64,000 bases of DNA from Oscillospiraceae bacterium (GTDB taxonomy: Bacteria; Bacillota; Clostridia; Oscillospirales; CAG-272). Of the stretch, positions 30,314-40,298 are shown one piece after another. Every line of letters starts with the position of its first letter. Position 1 is the first letter of the stretch. The notes beneath the pieces were generated by a model. It saw only the letters and a list, made by a program, of their open reading frames with translations. It ran no database searches and had not been told where the DNA came from. The translations under genes were made by a program, and so were the position numbers. The stretch spans positions 8,474 to 72,473 of the forward strand of contig SVRP01000009.1 in NCBI GenBank assembly GCA_015064735.1, written 5' to 3'.

Positions 30314-31123
30314 ATGATAATTGATTTTCACACGCATCTTTTCCCCGAAAAAATTGCGGCAAGGACTATTGATTATCTTTCGAAAAAGGGCGGTATACCG
30401 CCCTTTTCCGACGGAACGGCTTCAGGGCTTATACACTCACTTGAGCGCGCGAAGGCAGATATTGCCGTAAATCTGCCCGTGCTTACCAACCCCTCGCAGT
30501 TTGAAAGCGTCAACCGCTTTGCCTGCGAAATAAATGAGCAATATAAAAACGCGGAGAGACGAATAATCTCTTTTGGCGGCATTCACCCTCTTTGCGAGGA
30601 TATTGACGGCAAGATGAAGCAATTAAAGGGCATGGGCTTTCTTGGTGTAAAGGTACACCCGGACTATCAGGAGACCCCCTTTAACAGTGATGGATATATT
30701 CGAATACTGCAATGCGCAAAGGAATACGATCTCATCGTGGTTACACATGCGGGAATAGATGCAGGATACCGCGACCGCCCCGTAATGTGCACGCCGGCAC
30801 TTGCTAAGGAAGTCATAGATAAGGTTGGACACGGCAAGCTCGTTCTTGCCCACCTTGGTGGATACGAGACCGTAGAGCAGGTATTCGAGCTGCTTTGCGG
30901 TAAGGACGTTTATTTTGACACAGCTTACGTTCTTCGCTTTATAGGCGAGGAAAACTTCAAAAAATTGCTCAAATTGCACGGTGAAGACAGGATACTCTTT
31001 GCCAGCGATTCGCCGTGGAGCGATATTGACGGCGACGTTAAAATCTTAAAATCTTTTGAACTTGGAAAAGAAACCGAGGACAAGCTATTCTGCCAAAATG
31101 CAAAAAGGCTTCTCGGTATATAG
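30314..31123 (+). CDS. amidohydrolase-2 family metal-dependent hydrolase
   Basis: IIDFHTH, GVKVHPDYQ, H.G, AHLGG, LFASDSPW. Confidence 0.85.
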   Translation: MIIDFHTHLFPEKIAARTIDYLSKKGGIPPFSDGTASGLIHSLERAKADIAVNLPVLTNPSQFESVNRFACEINEQYKNAERRIISFGGIHPLCEDIDGKMKQLKGMGFLGVKVHPDYQETPFNSDGYIRILQCAKEYDLIVVTHAGIDAGYRDRPVMCTPALAKEVIDKVGHGKLVLAHLGGYETVEQVFELLCGKDVYFDTAYVLRFIGEENFKKLLKLHGEDRILFASDSPWSDIDGDVKILKSFELGKETEDKLFCQNAKRLLGI

Positions 31124-31131
31124 GTGATATT

Positions 31132-32325
31132 ATGGGATACAATCAGAAAATGTACGGACTTGGCAGCAAGCGCTCCATAATCCGTGAAATCTTTGAATAC
31201 AGCAAAACGAGAGCTGCGGAGATCGGAGCTGAAAACGTGTTTGATTTCAGTCTCGGAAACCCCAGTGTTCCCGCTCCAAAGGAGGTCAATGACACGGTTA
31301 AGGAGCTTCTCGAAACCGAAAGTCCCGTGCTTCTTCACGGATACACCTCTGCTCAGGGCGACGCAAAAGTAAGACAGACTATCGCTGACAGCATAAAGAC
31401 GCGTTTTGGAGTTGACATGTCTCCAAACGGAATTTATATGACCTGCGGTGCGGCTGCTTCGCTTTCCATCTGCCTTAAGGCAATAATCGAAAAGGAGGGT
31501 GAGGAGGTAATCGCCTTTGCTCCTTTCTTTACAGAATACAGAGTATTTATCGAAAATGCGGGCGGCACTATCGTTGTAAGCAAGCCTGACCCGAATACTC
31601 TTTCCATAGATATTGCAGATTTTGAGGACAAAATAACTCCCAATACAAAGGCAATTATTATGAATTCCCCCAACAATCCCAGTGGCGTTGTATACACCGA
31701 GGAAACAGTAAAGGCTGTTTGCGATATTCTTCGCAAGAAGTCCGAGGAATACGGACACGTTATTTATCTCATCGCCGATGAGCCGTACCGTGAGCTCGTT
31801 TACTCGGGTGTTGACGTTCCTTATCTTATGAACTATTACGATAACACTCTCGTTTGTTACTCATATTCAAAATCCCTTTCTCTTCCCGGTGAGAGAATCG
31901 GATACATAGCTGTTTGTCCCAAGATGGAGGACGGTCAGAACGTATATCTCGCTATCTGCGGAGCGGGAAGATCCTTGGGTTACGTTTGCGCACCCAGCCT
32001 TTTCCAGCAGGTTATCGCCCGTTGCATCAACGCAAAGGTAGATATAAACGTATACCGTGAGAACAGAGACCTTCTTTACGATAATTTGACCGCTTACGGC
32101 TACGATTGTGTTAAGCCCGACGGCGCGTTCTATCTCTTTGTAAAGGCTCTTGAACCCGATGCTTACGCATTCTACGAAAAGGCAAAGAAACACGAAATTC
32201 TCGTGGTTCCCTGCGACGATTTCGGTGTTGAGGGCTACGTGAGAATAGCATACTGCGTGGACAAGTCAAGGGTTCTCGGCGCACTCCCCGCATTCAAGGC
32301 TCTTGCTGAGGAATACGGCAAATAA
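31132..32325 (+). CDS. class I/II PLP-dependent aminotransferase
   Basis: FSLGNP, NSPNNPSG, DEPY, SYSKSLSLPGERIG. Confidence 0.92.
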   Translation: MGYNQKMYGLGSKRSIIREIFEYSKTRAAEIGAENVFDFSLGNPSVPAPKEVNDTVKELLETESPVLLHGYTSAQGDAKVRQTIADSIKTRFGVDMSPNGIYMTCGAAASLSICLKAIIEKEGEEVIAFAPFFTEYRVFIENAGGTIVVSKPDPNTLSIDIADFEDKITPNTKAIIMNSPNNPSGVVYTEETVKAVCDILRKKSEEYGHVIYLIADEPYRELVYSGVDVPYLMNYYDNTLVCYSYSKSLSLPGERIGYIAVCPKMEDGQNVYLAICGAGRSLGYVCAPSLFQQVIARCINAKVDINVYRENRDLLYDNLTAYGYDCVKPDGAFYLFVKALEPDAYAFYEKAKKHEILVVPCDDFGVEGYVRIAYCVDKSRVLGALPAFKALAEEYGK

Positions 32326-32372
32326 AGCGCTTGCGACAGTAAAAAAATACATATCGTCAGTAAAAAAGTACC

Positions 32373-32425
32373 TTGACAAATATTTAAAAATAGTTTACCA
32401 TATAACCGTATGGTAAACTATTTTT
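32373..32425 (+). promoter_or_regulatory. putative promoter overlapped by 17-bp perfect inverted repeat
   Basis: TTGACA 32373, TACCAT at 17-nt spacing; aaaaatagtttaccata / tatggtaaactattttt at 32386-32425. Confidence 0.55.
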
Positions 32426-32437
32426 TTGGAGGTAGCT

Positions 32438-34090
32438 ATGCTTACGATTTTCCACGGATACGTTCCCGAGGTCTGGGACGCTTATTTTAAGGCAGGTCTT
32501 ATAAGCGGAAACGACGGTATTCGCTTTTGTCAGACAACCCGCTTTGACGACACGAAGAAATTCAACAAAATGGCGGCAAAGGGGTCAACATTTTATAATA
32601 TCGTCAACGACCTTAAGTTTCCCCTTTACGTAGATAGATTGCAGGGCGGTACCTATATTGATGCCTATCCCTACGACCAAGCTCTCGTCAACGAATACAA
32701 GGAGCTTCTCGGAGATAATTTCTGGGGATTCCAGATGCACGAGTGGCTCTCAAATTATATGTCCGACCTGAAAAAGCTCAACGGCTTGTATAAAAAGGAT
32801 TGGACGGTCGAAAAGATCAAGGCTCATATAAAGAAGGATTATCCCTATCCTTTCCTTTTTCTTGAAAGCATGACCGCCGAGGAAATGGCGCGTTACGGAA
32901 AGCCCGAAAGCTATGAAGAATTCTATGGCAACATGACCGACGTATACAGAAAGCGCCAGAAGATCGGAGAGCTTATCCCCGTTGACAGCGCGTTACTCAT
33001 GTACGCTTTTGAAATTTCGTCGGGTGCGAAGCGTCTTTTACCCGAGGTCGGCGCTCAGACCAGCGACGCAAGAGTGCAGATATGCTACGCAAGAGGAATG
33101 ACACGTAAGGAGGGACTCCATTTCGGAGTCTACTACGAGCCTTGGGGCAGACCTCCACGCACTAAGGAGCACGATTATTCCACTGGACGTCCCGAATGCA
33201 CCGCCTGCTGCTATCACAGAGAGCAAAAAAACGAATGGGGCATCGGCGGCTCGGCTGATTTTCCGTTTCACACCGAGGGTCCCAACGGCGGAAGCTCCCG
33301 CTCTCTCCAAAAGAGGATATTCCTTTACTCCTACCTCTCGGGGGCTGAATTTCTCAGCGAGGAATGGGGCGTTTGCAACGTATTCTACGATTGGAAGGAT
33401 TTCGAGCTTTCTCCTTACGGTCTCGTGAAGAAATATCTCGTTGACTTTATGAATAAGTATCCCGACGTAGGCGCTCCCGTTACCCCTATCGGAGTTATTA
33501 TGCCGGGGGACCTTCCCATGCTCGAAAACGTATTCAAGAAGCCGCTTTACAAGCCGGCATTCCCCTACAAGAGCGACGCGTATACCAAGGTTCTTGAGGG
33601 CGTAAACGAGCTTTTCGCGAAGACCGCGCCCATGCTCGGAAACGAAAACATCACCATGGTGAACTGCGTATATCCCGATGCACTTGATCTGCTTAACGAC
33701 GGTTTCGGAGATATATCGAAATACGATTATCTCGTTGACCTTACGTCCGATCCCGAATTTGCGCGAAGGCATAGCAATATATGCGAAATATCCGACGTTA
33801 AAAATATTCTCAGAAGGACTCTGCCCTGCTACGTGGAAGGAGATATTCATTGGCTCGTCAACGAACGCGCAGGCGGCGGATATTATCTCACCGTATTCAA
33901 CAACGGCGGTGTTATGAGAATTATCGAGGACGGAGAATACACTCTTCCCGAGGCTGATGCCACGGTAACCGTTACCTTCAAGAACGGTGCTTCCCCTGTG
34001 CTCTGCGAGGGTAAGGCAAATCTCGAAAAGGACGGAGACGTATACCGACTTAAGGTCAAAGCGGGAGATTTCGCGTTTATAAAATTCTAA
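32438..34090 (+). CDS. hypothetical cytoplasmic protein (about 550 aa)
   Basis: Long ORF with genome-typical codon usage, GGAGG RBS before ATG 32438, own terminator; no family recognised. Confidence 0.8.
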   Translation: MLTIFHGYVPEVWDAYFKAGLISGNDGIRFCQTTRFDDTKKFNKMAAKGSTFYNIVNDLKFPLYVDRLQGGTYIDAYPYDQALVNEYKELLGDNFWGFQMHEWLSNYMSDLKKLNGLYKKDWTVEKIKAHIKKDYPYPFLFLESMTAEEMARYGKPESYEEFYGNMTDVYRKRQKIGELIPVDSALLMYAFEISSGAKRLLPEVGAQTSDARVQICYARGMTRKEGLHFGVYYEPWGRPPRTKEHDYSTGRPECTACCYHREQKNEWGIGGSADFPFHTEGPNGGSSRSLQKRIFLYSYLSGAEFLSEEWGVCNVFYDWKDFELSPYGLVKKYLVDFMNKYPDVGAPVTPIGVIMPGDLPMLENVFKKPLYKPAFPYKSDAYTKVLEGVNELFAKTAPMLGNENITMVNCVYPDALDLLNDGFGDISKYDYLVDLTSDPEFARRHSNICEISDVKNILRRTLPCYVEGDIHWLVNERAGGGYYLTVFNNGGVMRIIEDGEYTLPEADATVTVTFKNGASPVLCEGKANLEKDGDVYRLKVKAGDFAFIKF

Positions 34091-34098
34091 TCTTTTTC

Positions 34099-34136
34099 AA
34101 ACCGAGGAATGCAAAAATGCTTTCCTCGGTTTTTTT
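34099..34136 (+). terminator. intrinsic terminator
   Basis: aaaccgagga...tcctcggttttttt. Confidence 0.75.
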
Positions 34137-34238
34137 GAGTAAAAAGGCGAATTTACTGTGAATATATTACACAATCTGTATGCTCAGAAGCACAAATTTG
34201 TTGATTGTGTTGAAAATAAATATTTTTTTAACAAACTA

Positions 34239-34267
34239 TTGAAATAAAATCCTATATATGTTATAAT
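34239..34267 (+). promoter_or_regulatory. sigmaA promoter of mdh-fumC-hdr-flx-frd cluster
   Basis: TTGAAA-17nt-(TG)-TATAAT. Confidence 0.7.
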
Positions 34268-34312
34268 AATATGGTTATATTTTTATATTTTTCTTTTTTA
34301 AGGAGGTATATT

Positions 34313-35251
34313 GTGAATAAAATCGCAATAATCGGAACAGGAAGCGTTGGTTCTACAATCGCTTACACACTTACAGTTATGGGTATCGCATCGGAGATCG
34401 TTGTGATTGACATTAACAAGGAAAAGGCTCTCGGAGAAGCTCTTGACATTCGTCAGGGTACTCCCTTCTGCACCCCCTGCTCTATCTATGCCGGAGACTA
34501 CAGCGACGCCGCCGGTGCAAACATCGTGGTTCTTACCTGCGGTATTGCAAGAAGACCCGGTCAGACAAGACTTGAGCTTGCCCAGACCAACGTAGATATT
34601 ACCAAGCAAATAATTCCCCAGGTAACAAAATACGCGCCCAATGCAAACTATATCATAGTAAGTAACCCCGTTGATATCCTCACGTACACCTTCCACAAGT
34701 ATTCCGATCTTCCCGAAAACAGAATAATAGGTTCGGGTACTATCCTTGATACTGCACGTCTTCGCGCACGTCTTTCCGAGTACTACAAGATAAGCCAGAA
34801 GAACGTTCACGCTTACGTTTTCGGTGAGCACGGAGATTCCTCTTTCGTTCCGTGGTCTGTCGCAAACATTTCAAACATCCCGATTCACGAGTGTAAAAAG
34901 CTCGTTCCCGATATGGACCTTCCCGATCTCGATTATGCCGAGATTGAAGATTACGTTAAAAAGTCGGGCGGACGCGTTATCCAGAGAAAGGGAGCCACCT
35001 TCTACGCGGTTTCGATCTCTGTTTGCCACGTTATCCAGTGCTTGCTCAGCGGACTTGATTCTACTATGACCGTTTCCACCCTTATGCACGGTGAATACGG
35101 TATTGACGACGTATGTCTCAGCACCCTTTGTATAGTTGGTAACGACGGTATCCGTTGCAAGGTAAACGTTCCTTTGAACGACGAAGAAATCGCAAAGCTC
35201 CGCAAGAGCGCAGATACCCTCAAGGGTGTTATCAACAGCATCAACATATAA
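34313..35251 (+). CDS. mdh: malate dehydrogenase (LDH-like superfamily)
   Basis: GTGSVG Rossmann motif; specificity loop GIARRPGQTR has Arg at the position that is Gln in LDH; GEHGD; next to fumC; GTG start 34313 after AGGAGG. Confidence 0.8.
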   Translation: MNKIAIIGTGSVGSTIAYTLTVMGIASEIVVIDINKEKALGEALDIRQGTPFCTPCSIYAGDYSDAAGANIVVLTCGIARRPGQTRLELAQTNVDITKQIIPQVTKYAPNANYIIVSNPVDILTYTFHKYSDLPENRIIGSGTILDTARLRARLSEYYKISQKNVHAYVFGEHGDSSFVPWSVANISNIPIHECKKLVPDMDLPDLDYAEIEDYVKKSGGRVIQRKGATFYAVSISVCHVIQCLLSGLDSTMTVSTLMHGEYGIDDVCLSTLCIVGNDGIRCKVNVPLNDEEIAKLRKSADTLKGVINSINI

Positions 35252-35275
35252 GTACATTTTTAAGAGGTGAAATTT

Positions 35276-36652
35276 ATGGAATACCGTATTGAACACGATT
35301 CTATGGGCGATATGCAGGTTCCCGCTGACCGTCTTTGGGCGGCACAGACTCAGAGAAGCTGCGAAAACTTTAGAATTGGCGTGGACATCGAGACCATGCC
35401 CCGTGAGATAACCCACGCTTTTGGAATACTTAAAAAGGCTGCGGCTCTCGCCAACCACGAGCTTAAGAGTGAAAAGATGACCGCTGAAAAGCTTGAGGCT
35501 ATTTCCAAGGCTTGCGACGAGGTGATTTCGGGAGAGCTTAATTCTCACTTTCCTCTCGTTGTATGGCAGACGGGCTCCGGTACGCAGTCAAATATGAACG
35601 CCAACGAGGTAATAGCTAACAGAGCTAACCAGATAGCAGGCAAGAAGCTTGCTCATCCCAATGATGATATAAACATGAGTCAGTCCTCCAACGACACCTT
35701 CCCCACCGCAATGCACATTTCCGCGGTTATCGCTATTGAGGATAAGCTCATTCCCGCAATAGAGCTTCTTATTGAGACCTTCAAAAGGCTCGAAGCCGAA
35801 AACGAGGGCATAGTAAAATCGGGACGTACCCATCTTCAGGATGCGACTCCCATTAAATTCAGTCAGGAAATAAGCGGCTGGAGATCTTCTCTTGAGCGCG
35901 ACGTTGAGCTTCTCAAACTGGCTGTTGCTCCTCTTCGCGAGCTTGCTCTCGGTGGAACTGCCGTTGGTACGGGTCTTAACACCCCCAAGGGCTTTGACGT
36001 TCTCGTAGCAAAAAAGGTTGCGGAGCTTACCGGTAAGCCTTTTGTAACCGCATCCAACAAGTTCCATGCTCTTACCTCCAAGGATGAGCTGGTATTTGCT
36101 CACGGCGCTATCAAGGCAACCGCTTGCGATATGATGAAAATAGCTAACGACGTTCGTTGGTTGGCTTCGGGTCCCCGCGACGGTCTCGGTGAGATCTTCA
36201 TTCCCGAAAATGAGCCCGGCTCCTCTATTATGCCCGGTAAGGTCAACCCCACCCAGTGTGAGGCTGTTACTATGGTAGCCGTTCAGGTGATGGGTAATGA
36301 CGTTGCTGTTTCCATGGCAGCGTCTCAGGGTAACTTTGAGCTTAACGTATTTATGCCCGTTGCGGCTTACAATTTCCTTCAGTCTGCAAGACTTCTTGCA
36401 GAGTCTATCGTTTCCTTTAACAACAACTGCGCTGTTGGAATCAAGGCTAACAAGGAAAAAATGCACCACAATCTTCATAACTCCTTAATGCTTGTTACCG
36501 CGCTCAACCCCTACATCGGATACGAAAATGCGGCAAAGACCGCCAAGAAGGCTTATAAGGACAACATCTCCCTTAAGGAGGCTTGTGTTCAGCTTGGTTT
36601 CCTTACGGAGGAAAAGTTTGACGAGGTATTCCACCCCGAACAGATGGTATAA
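35276..36652 (+). CDS. fumC: class II fumarate hydratase
   Basis: WQTGSGTQSNMN, HPND, SSNDTFPT, GRTHLQDA, GSSIMPGKVNP. Confidence 0.97.
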   Translation: MEYRIEHDSMGDMQVPADRLWAAQTQRSCENFRIGVDIETMPREITHAFGILKKAAALANHELKSEKMTAEKLEAISKACDEVISGELNSHFPLVVWQTGSGTQSNMNANEVIANRANQIAGKKLAHPNDDINMSQSSNDTFPTAMHISAVIAIEDKLIPAIELLIETFKRLEAENEGIVKSGRTHLQDATPIKFSQEISGWRSSLERDVELLKLAVAPLRELALGGTAVGTGLNTPKGFDVLVAKKVAELTGKPFVTASNKFHALTSKDELVFAHGAIKATACDMMKIANDVRWLASGPRDGLGEIFIPENEPGSSIMPGKVNPTQCEAVTMVAVQVMGNDVAVSMAASQGNFELNVFMPVAAYNFLQSARLLAESIVSFNNNCAVGIKANKEKMHHNLHNSLMLVTALNPYIGYENAAKTAKKAYKDNISLKEACVQLGFLTEEKFDEVFHPEQMV

Positions 36653-36674
36653 TTCAAATTTTTTGGAGGTAATA

Positions 36675-37466
36675 ATGAAAGTAAGTTATTTCCCCGGATG
36701 TACGCTCAGAACAAAGGCAAAGGAGCTTGACCTTTATGCTCGCAGAAGTGCTGAAGTCCTCGGCATCGAGCTTTGCGAGATAGAGGACTGGCAGTGCTGC
36801 GGCGGTGTTTTCGTATCTGCCAAGGACGAGATCGCTTCCAAGCTCTCCTCGGTACGCGCTCTTCGTGCCGCAAGAGACGAGAACATGCCTTTGGTAACCG
36901 TATGCTCGGCTTGTCATAATGTTATAAAGCAAACTAACCACGCAATGCAGACCGATGAGACCTTCGCAAACAGAGTAAACAACTACCTTGCGCAGGACAA
37001 AACTCCCACCGAATATCACGGTGAGACCGAGGTTCTTCATTATCTTGAAATGCTCCGCGACATGGTAGGATTTGACAAAATAAAAGCGGCTGTGAAGAAT
37101 CCACTCACAGGAAAGAAGATCGCGGCTTACTATGGCTGTCTTCTTCTTCGTCCCGGCAACGTAATGGCTTTCGATGACGTAGAAAATCCCACGATTATTG
37201 AGGATTTCATTCGCGCTATCGGAGCGGAGCCGATTATATACGCCCAGAGAAACGAGTGCTGCGGCGGCTACATAGCTCTCGAGGACCCCGCTACCGCAAA
37301 AAAGAGAAGCAACGCGGTTTCCGAAAATGCCGCAAATTGCGGTGCTGAAATGATAGTTACCGCTTGTCCTCTTTGCAAATACAATCTCGTAAAAAACGGT
37401 TCTTCTATTCCCGTTATTTATTTTACCGAGCTCCTTGCTGAAGCGCTCGGAGTTAAGGAGGGCTGA
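36675..37466 (+). CDS. hdrB: heterodisulfide reductase subunit B-like
   Basis: Two CCG domains: YFPGC..CCG..CSAC and YYGC..CCG..CPLC; start moved to ATG 36675 (GGAGG RBS). Confidence 0.9.
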   Translation: MKVSYFPGCTLRTKAKELDLYARRSAEVLGIELCEIEDWQCCGGVFVSAKDEIASKLSSVRALRAARDENMPLVTVCSACHNVIKQTNHAMQTDETFANRVNNYLAQDKTPTEYHGETEVLHYLEMLRDMVGFDKIKAAVKNPLTGKKIAAYYGCLLLRPGNVMAFDDVENPTIIEDFIRAIGAEPIIYAQRNECCGGYIALEDPATAKKRSNAVSENAANCGAEMIVTACPLCKYNLVKNGSSIPVIYFTELLAEALGVKEG

Positions 37467-37468
37467 TC

Positions 37469-37861
37469 ATGCACAATAATTCCGAAAAACAAAAGGAACA
37501 GCTTCTTCGCATGAGCGGTGTAAATCCCCTCAAATGTATGAAGTGCGGAAAATGCTCTGCAACCTGCCCCTCTTACGACGAAATGGAATATCACCCCCAT
37601 CAGTTCGTTTACATGGTAGAATCGGGGGACATTGAGACTTTGAGAAAATCCGACTCTATCTACAAGTGTCTTACCTGCTTCGCTTGCGTTGACCGTTGTC
37701 CCAGAGGCGTTGAGCCCGCAAAGCTTATCGAAGCTCTCAGACTTTCTGTTATCCGCGAGAAGGGCGCAAATCACCTTAAGGCGGAGGACATTCCCGCTCT
37801 CATCGATGACGATACGCCTCAGCAGGCGGTCATGAGCGCATTCAGAAAATACTCTAAGTAG
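37469..37861 (+). CDS. hdrC: heterodisulfide reductase subunit C-like
   Basis: CMKCGKCSATCP and CLTCFACVDRCPRG. Confidence 0.9.
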   Translation: MHNNSEKQKEQLLRMSGVNPLKCMKCGKCSATCPSYDEMEYHPHQFVYMVESGDIETLRKSDSIYKCLTCFACVDRCPRGVEPAKLIEALRLSVIREKGANHLKAEDIPALIDDDTPQQAVMSAFRKYSK

Positions 37862-37878
37862 GAAAGGAGAAAACAACT

Positions 37879-39873
37879 ATGCAAAGAATTGGCGTATTTG
37901 TCTGCCACTGCGGTACCAACATCGCAGGAACGGTAGACGTTAAAGCAGTTGCAGAAGCACTCAAGTCAGAGCCCGGTGTTGTTATCTCCACCGAGTATCA
38001 GTATATGTGCTCTCAGGCAGGACAGGATCTTATAAAGGCGGCTATTGCCGAACACAAACTGACGGGCATCGTTGTATGCTCCTGCTCGCCCCGTATGCAC
38101 GAGGCAACCTTCAGAAAGACTGCCGCTGCGGCAGGACTCAACCCCTACATGGTCGAAATAGCAAATATCCGCGAGCAGTGCTCTTGGGTACATAAGGAAA
38201 TGACAATCGGCACCGAAAAGGCTATAATCCTCGGAAAAGCAGCTATTGCTAAGGTAAACCTTAACGCTCCCCTTACCCCCGGAGAGAGCCCTGTAACAAA
38301 GCGCGCCCTCGTTATCGGAGGCGGTATTGCGGGCATTCAGACCGCTCTCGACATTGCAGACGCAGGCTTTCCCGTTGATATAGTTGAGACCAAGCCCACT
38401 ATTGGCGGTAAGATGGCTCAGCTTGACAAAACCTTCCCCACCCTCGACTGCGCGGCTTGTATCCTTACACCTAAGATGGTTGACGTTGCGCAGAACGAGA
38501 ATATCAGAATATTCTCTTACAGCGAAGTAACCGAGGTTGGCGGATTCGTAGGAAACTTCGAGGTTACAATTAAGAAAAAGGCTCGTTACGTAAAGGAAGA
38601 CCTCTGTACCGGATGCGGTCTCTGCACCGAAAAGTGTCCTCAGAAGAAGGTTCCCAATGAGTTTAACCTCGGAATGGACAACAGACGCGCAATCTACATT
38701 CCCTTTGCTCAGGCAGTTCCGAAGGTTGCGACCATCGACCCCGACTACTGTACTATGCTCAAGACCGGCAAGTGCGGAGTCTGCTCCAAGGTTTGTACCG
38801 CAAAGGCTATAGACTATCAGGCAAAGGATGAATTTATTACCGAAAAATACGGCGCTATCGTTGTAGCTACCGGATTTAACCCCATTTCCATGGATAAATT
38901 CGATGAGTATGCCTACTCACAGTCTCCCGACGTTATCACATCTCTTGAGCTTGAGCGTCTTATGAATGCCGCAGGTCCTACGGGCGGTACACTTCTCCGT
39001 CCCTCCGACAGAGAGCATCCTCACACTATCGTTCTCGTTCAGTGTGTAGGCTCCCGTTGCGCAGCCTGCGCCGAAAAGGGCAAGGAGTATTGCTCTAAGA
39101 TATGCTGTATGTATACTGCTAAGCATGCAATGCTTATCCGTGATAAATATCCCGACACCGAGGTTTACGTATTCTACATAGACGTTCGTACTCCCGGTAA
39201 GAACTTCGACGAGTTCTATCGCAGAGCCGTTGAGGAATACGGAGTTCACTACGTTAAGGGTATGGTCGGTAAGGTTACTCCCGAGGGCAAGAAGCTCAAG
39301 GTTCAGGCTTCCGATCTTATCGCTAACAAGCAGCTCCACATTGATGCCGATCTCGTAGTTCTCGCGGCAGCTATTGAGCCCGACAAGTCGGCTCGTCCTT
39401 TGGCTACTATGCTTACGGCAAGCATGGATACCAACGACTTCTTCACAGAGGCTCACCCCAAGCTCCGTCCCGTTGAGAGCCCCACGGCAGGTGTATTCCT
39501 TTCGGGCGCATGTCAGGGTCCCAAGGATATTCCCGAGACCGTTTCCCAGGCAGGAGCTGCGGCATCCAAGGTAATCGGACTTCTCTGCAAGGACAAGCTC
39601 ACGGGTAACCCCTGCGTTGCTCATTCCGATGAGCTTATGTGTAACGGCTGTTCCACCTGCGCAAACGTATGTCCTTACGGAGCGATCTCCTATATCGACA
39701 AGGAATTCAGAATGCCCGACAGAACGACAAAGATTCGTCGCGTAGCATCTGTTAACGAGGCTGTGTGCCAGGGTTGCGGTGCTTGTACCGTTGCTTGTAT
39801 GTCCGGTGCTATGGATCTTAAGGGCTTCCTTAACAAACAAATTATGGCGGAGGTAGATGCAATATGCAAGTAA
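37879..39873 (+). CDS. hdrA: heterodisulfide reductase subunit A-like (FAD, Fe-S)
   Basis: IGVFVCHCG.NI, CSPRMHE.TF, NIREQCSWVH, GGGIAG, KTFPTLDC, QCVGSR, CS.ICC, several ferredoxin motifs. Confidence 0.95.
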   Translation: MQRIGVFVCHCGTNIAGTVDVKAVAEALKSEPGVVISTEYQYMCSQAGQDLIKAAIAEHKLTGIVVCSCSPRMHEATFRKTAAAAGLNPYMVEIANIREQCSWVHKEMTIGTEKAIILGKAAIAKVNLNAPLTPGESPVTKRALVIGGGIAGIQTALDIADAGFPVDIVETKPTIGGKMAQLDKTFPTLDCAACILTPKMVDVAQNENIRIFSYSEVTEVGGFVGNFEVTIKKKARYVKEDLCTGCGLCTEKCPQKKVPNEFNLGMDNRRAIYIPFAQAVPKVATIDPDYCTMLKTGKCGVCSKVCTAKAIDYQAKDEFITEKYGAIVVATGFNPISMDKFDEYAYSQSPDVITSLELERLMNAAGPTGGTLLRPSDREHPHTIVLVQCVGSRCAACAEKGKEYCSKICCMYTAKHAMLIRDKYPDTEVYVFYIDVRTPGKNFDEFYRRAVEEYGVHYVKGMVGKVTPEGKKLKVQASDLIANKQLHIDADLVVLAAAIEPDKSARPLATMLTASMDTNDFFTEAHPKLRPVESPTAGVFLSGACQGPKDIPETVSQAGAAASKVIGLLCKDKLTGNPCVAHSDELMCNGCSTCANVCPYGAISYIDKEFRMPDRTTKIRRVASVNEAVCQGCGACTVACMSGAMDLKGFLNKQIMAEVDAICK

Positions 39874-40298
39874 AAGAATATAAGCCCCTTATCGTGGCGT
39901 TCTGTTGTAACTGGTGTTCCTACGCGGGCGCAGACCTTGCGGGAAACAACAGACTTAACTACCCTGCTGACGTAAAGATCATACGAGTTCCCTGCTCCTG
40001 CAGAGTTAACCCCATGTTCATTCTCCGCGCGTTCCAGAGAGGCGCGGACGGTGTTATAATCTGCGGTTGCCACCCCGGCGACTGCCACTACACCTCGGGT
40101 AACTACTACACCCGCCGCCGTATGGCTCTTCTCTTCTCTATGCTCGACTACCTCGGCATAGAAAGAGAACGTACCCGCGTTGAATGGGTATCCGCTGCTG
40201 AGGGCGCAAAGTTTGCGGCTACTATGAACGACTTCGCAGAGAAGGTTGCTTCTCTTGGCGAAAACAAGAGATTGGAGGATTTACGATGCAAGAAATAA
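39864..40298 (+). CDS. flxD: MvhD-like [2Fe-2S] subunit (FlxD)
   Basis: FCCNWCSYAGADLAG, RVPCSCRV, GADGV...GCHPGDCHY, WVSAAEG. Confidence 0.88.
   Translation: MQVKEYKPLIVAFCCNWCSYAGADLAGNNRLNYPADVKIIRVPCSCRVNPMFILRAFQRGADGVIICGCHPGDCHYTSGNYYTRRRMALLFSMLDYLGIERERTRVEWVSAAEGAKFAATMNDFAEKVASLGENKRLEDLRCKK

Noticed and set aside
34157-34173. Rex operator upstream of mdh (TGTGAATATATTACACA)
   Set aside because: Biologically attractive, but half-site spacing is one base longer than TGTGAA-N4-TTCACA; not supportable without comparative data.
34313-35251. L-lactate dehydrogenase call
   Set aside because: The specificity residue is Arg (ARRPG), and the gene heads a fumC-frd cluster, so MDH is more likely.
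36492-36674. Long N-terminal extension of HdrB in ORF track
   Set aside because: Overlaps the fumC 3' end; a clear RBS precedes ATG 36675.
36675-40298. Methanogenesis or archaeal contamination implied by hdrABC/mvhD
   Set aside because: Codon style, RBSs and neighbours are continuous with the firmicute backbone, and bacterial Hdr-Flx is well known.
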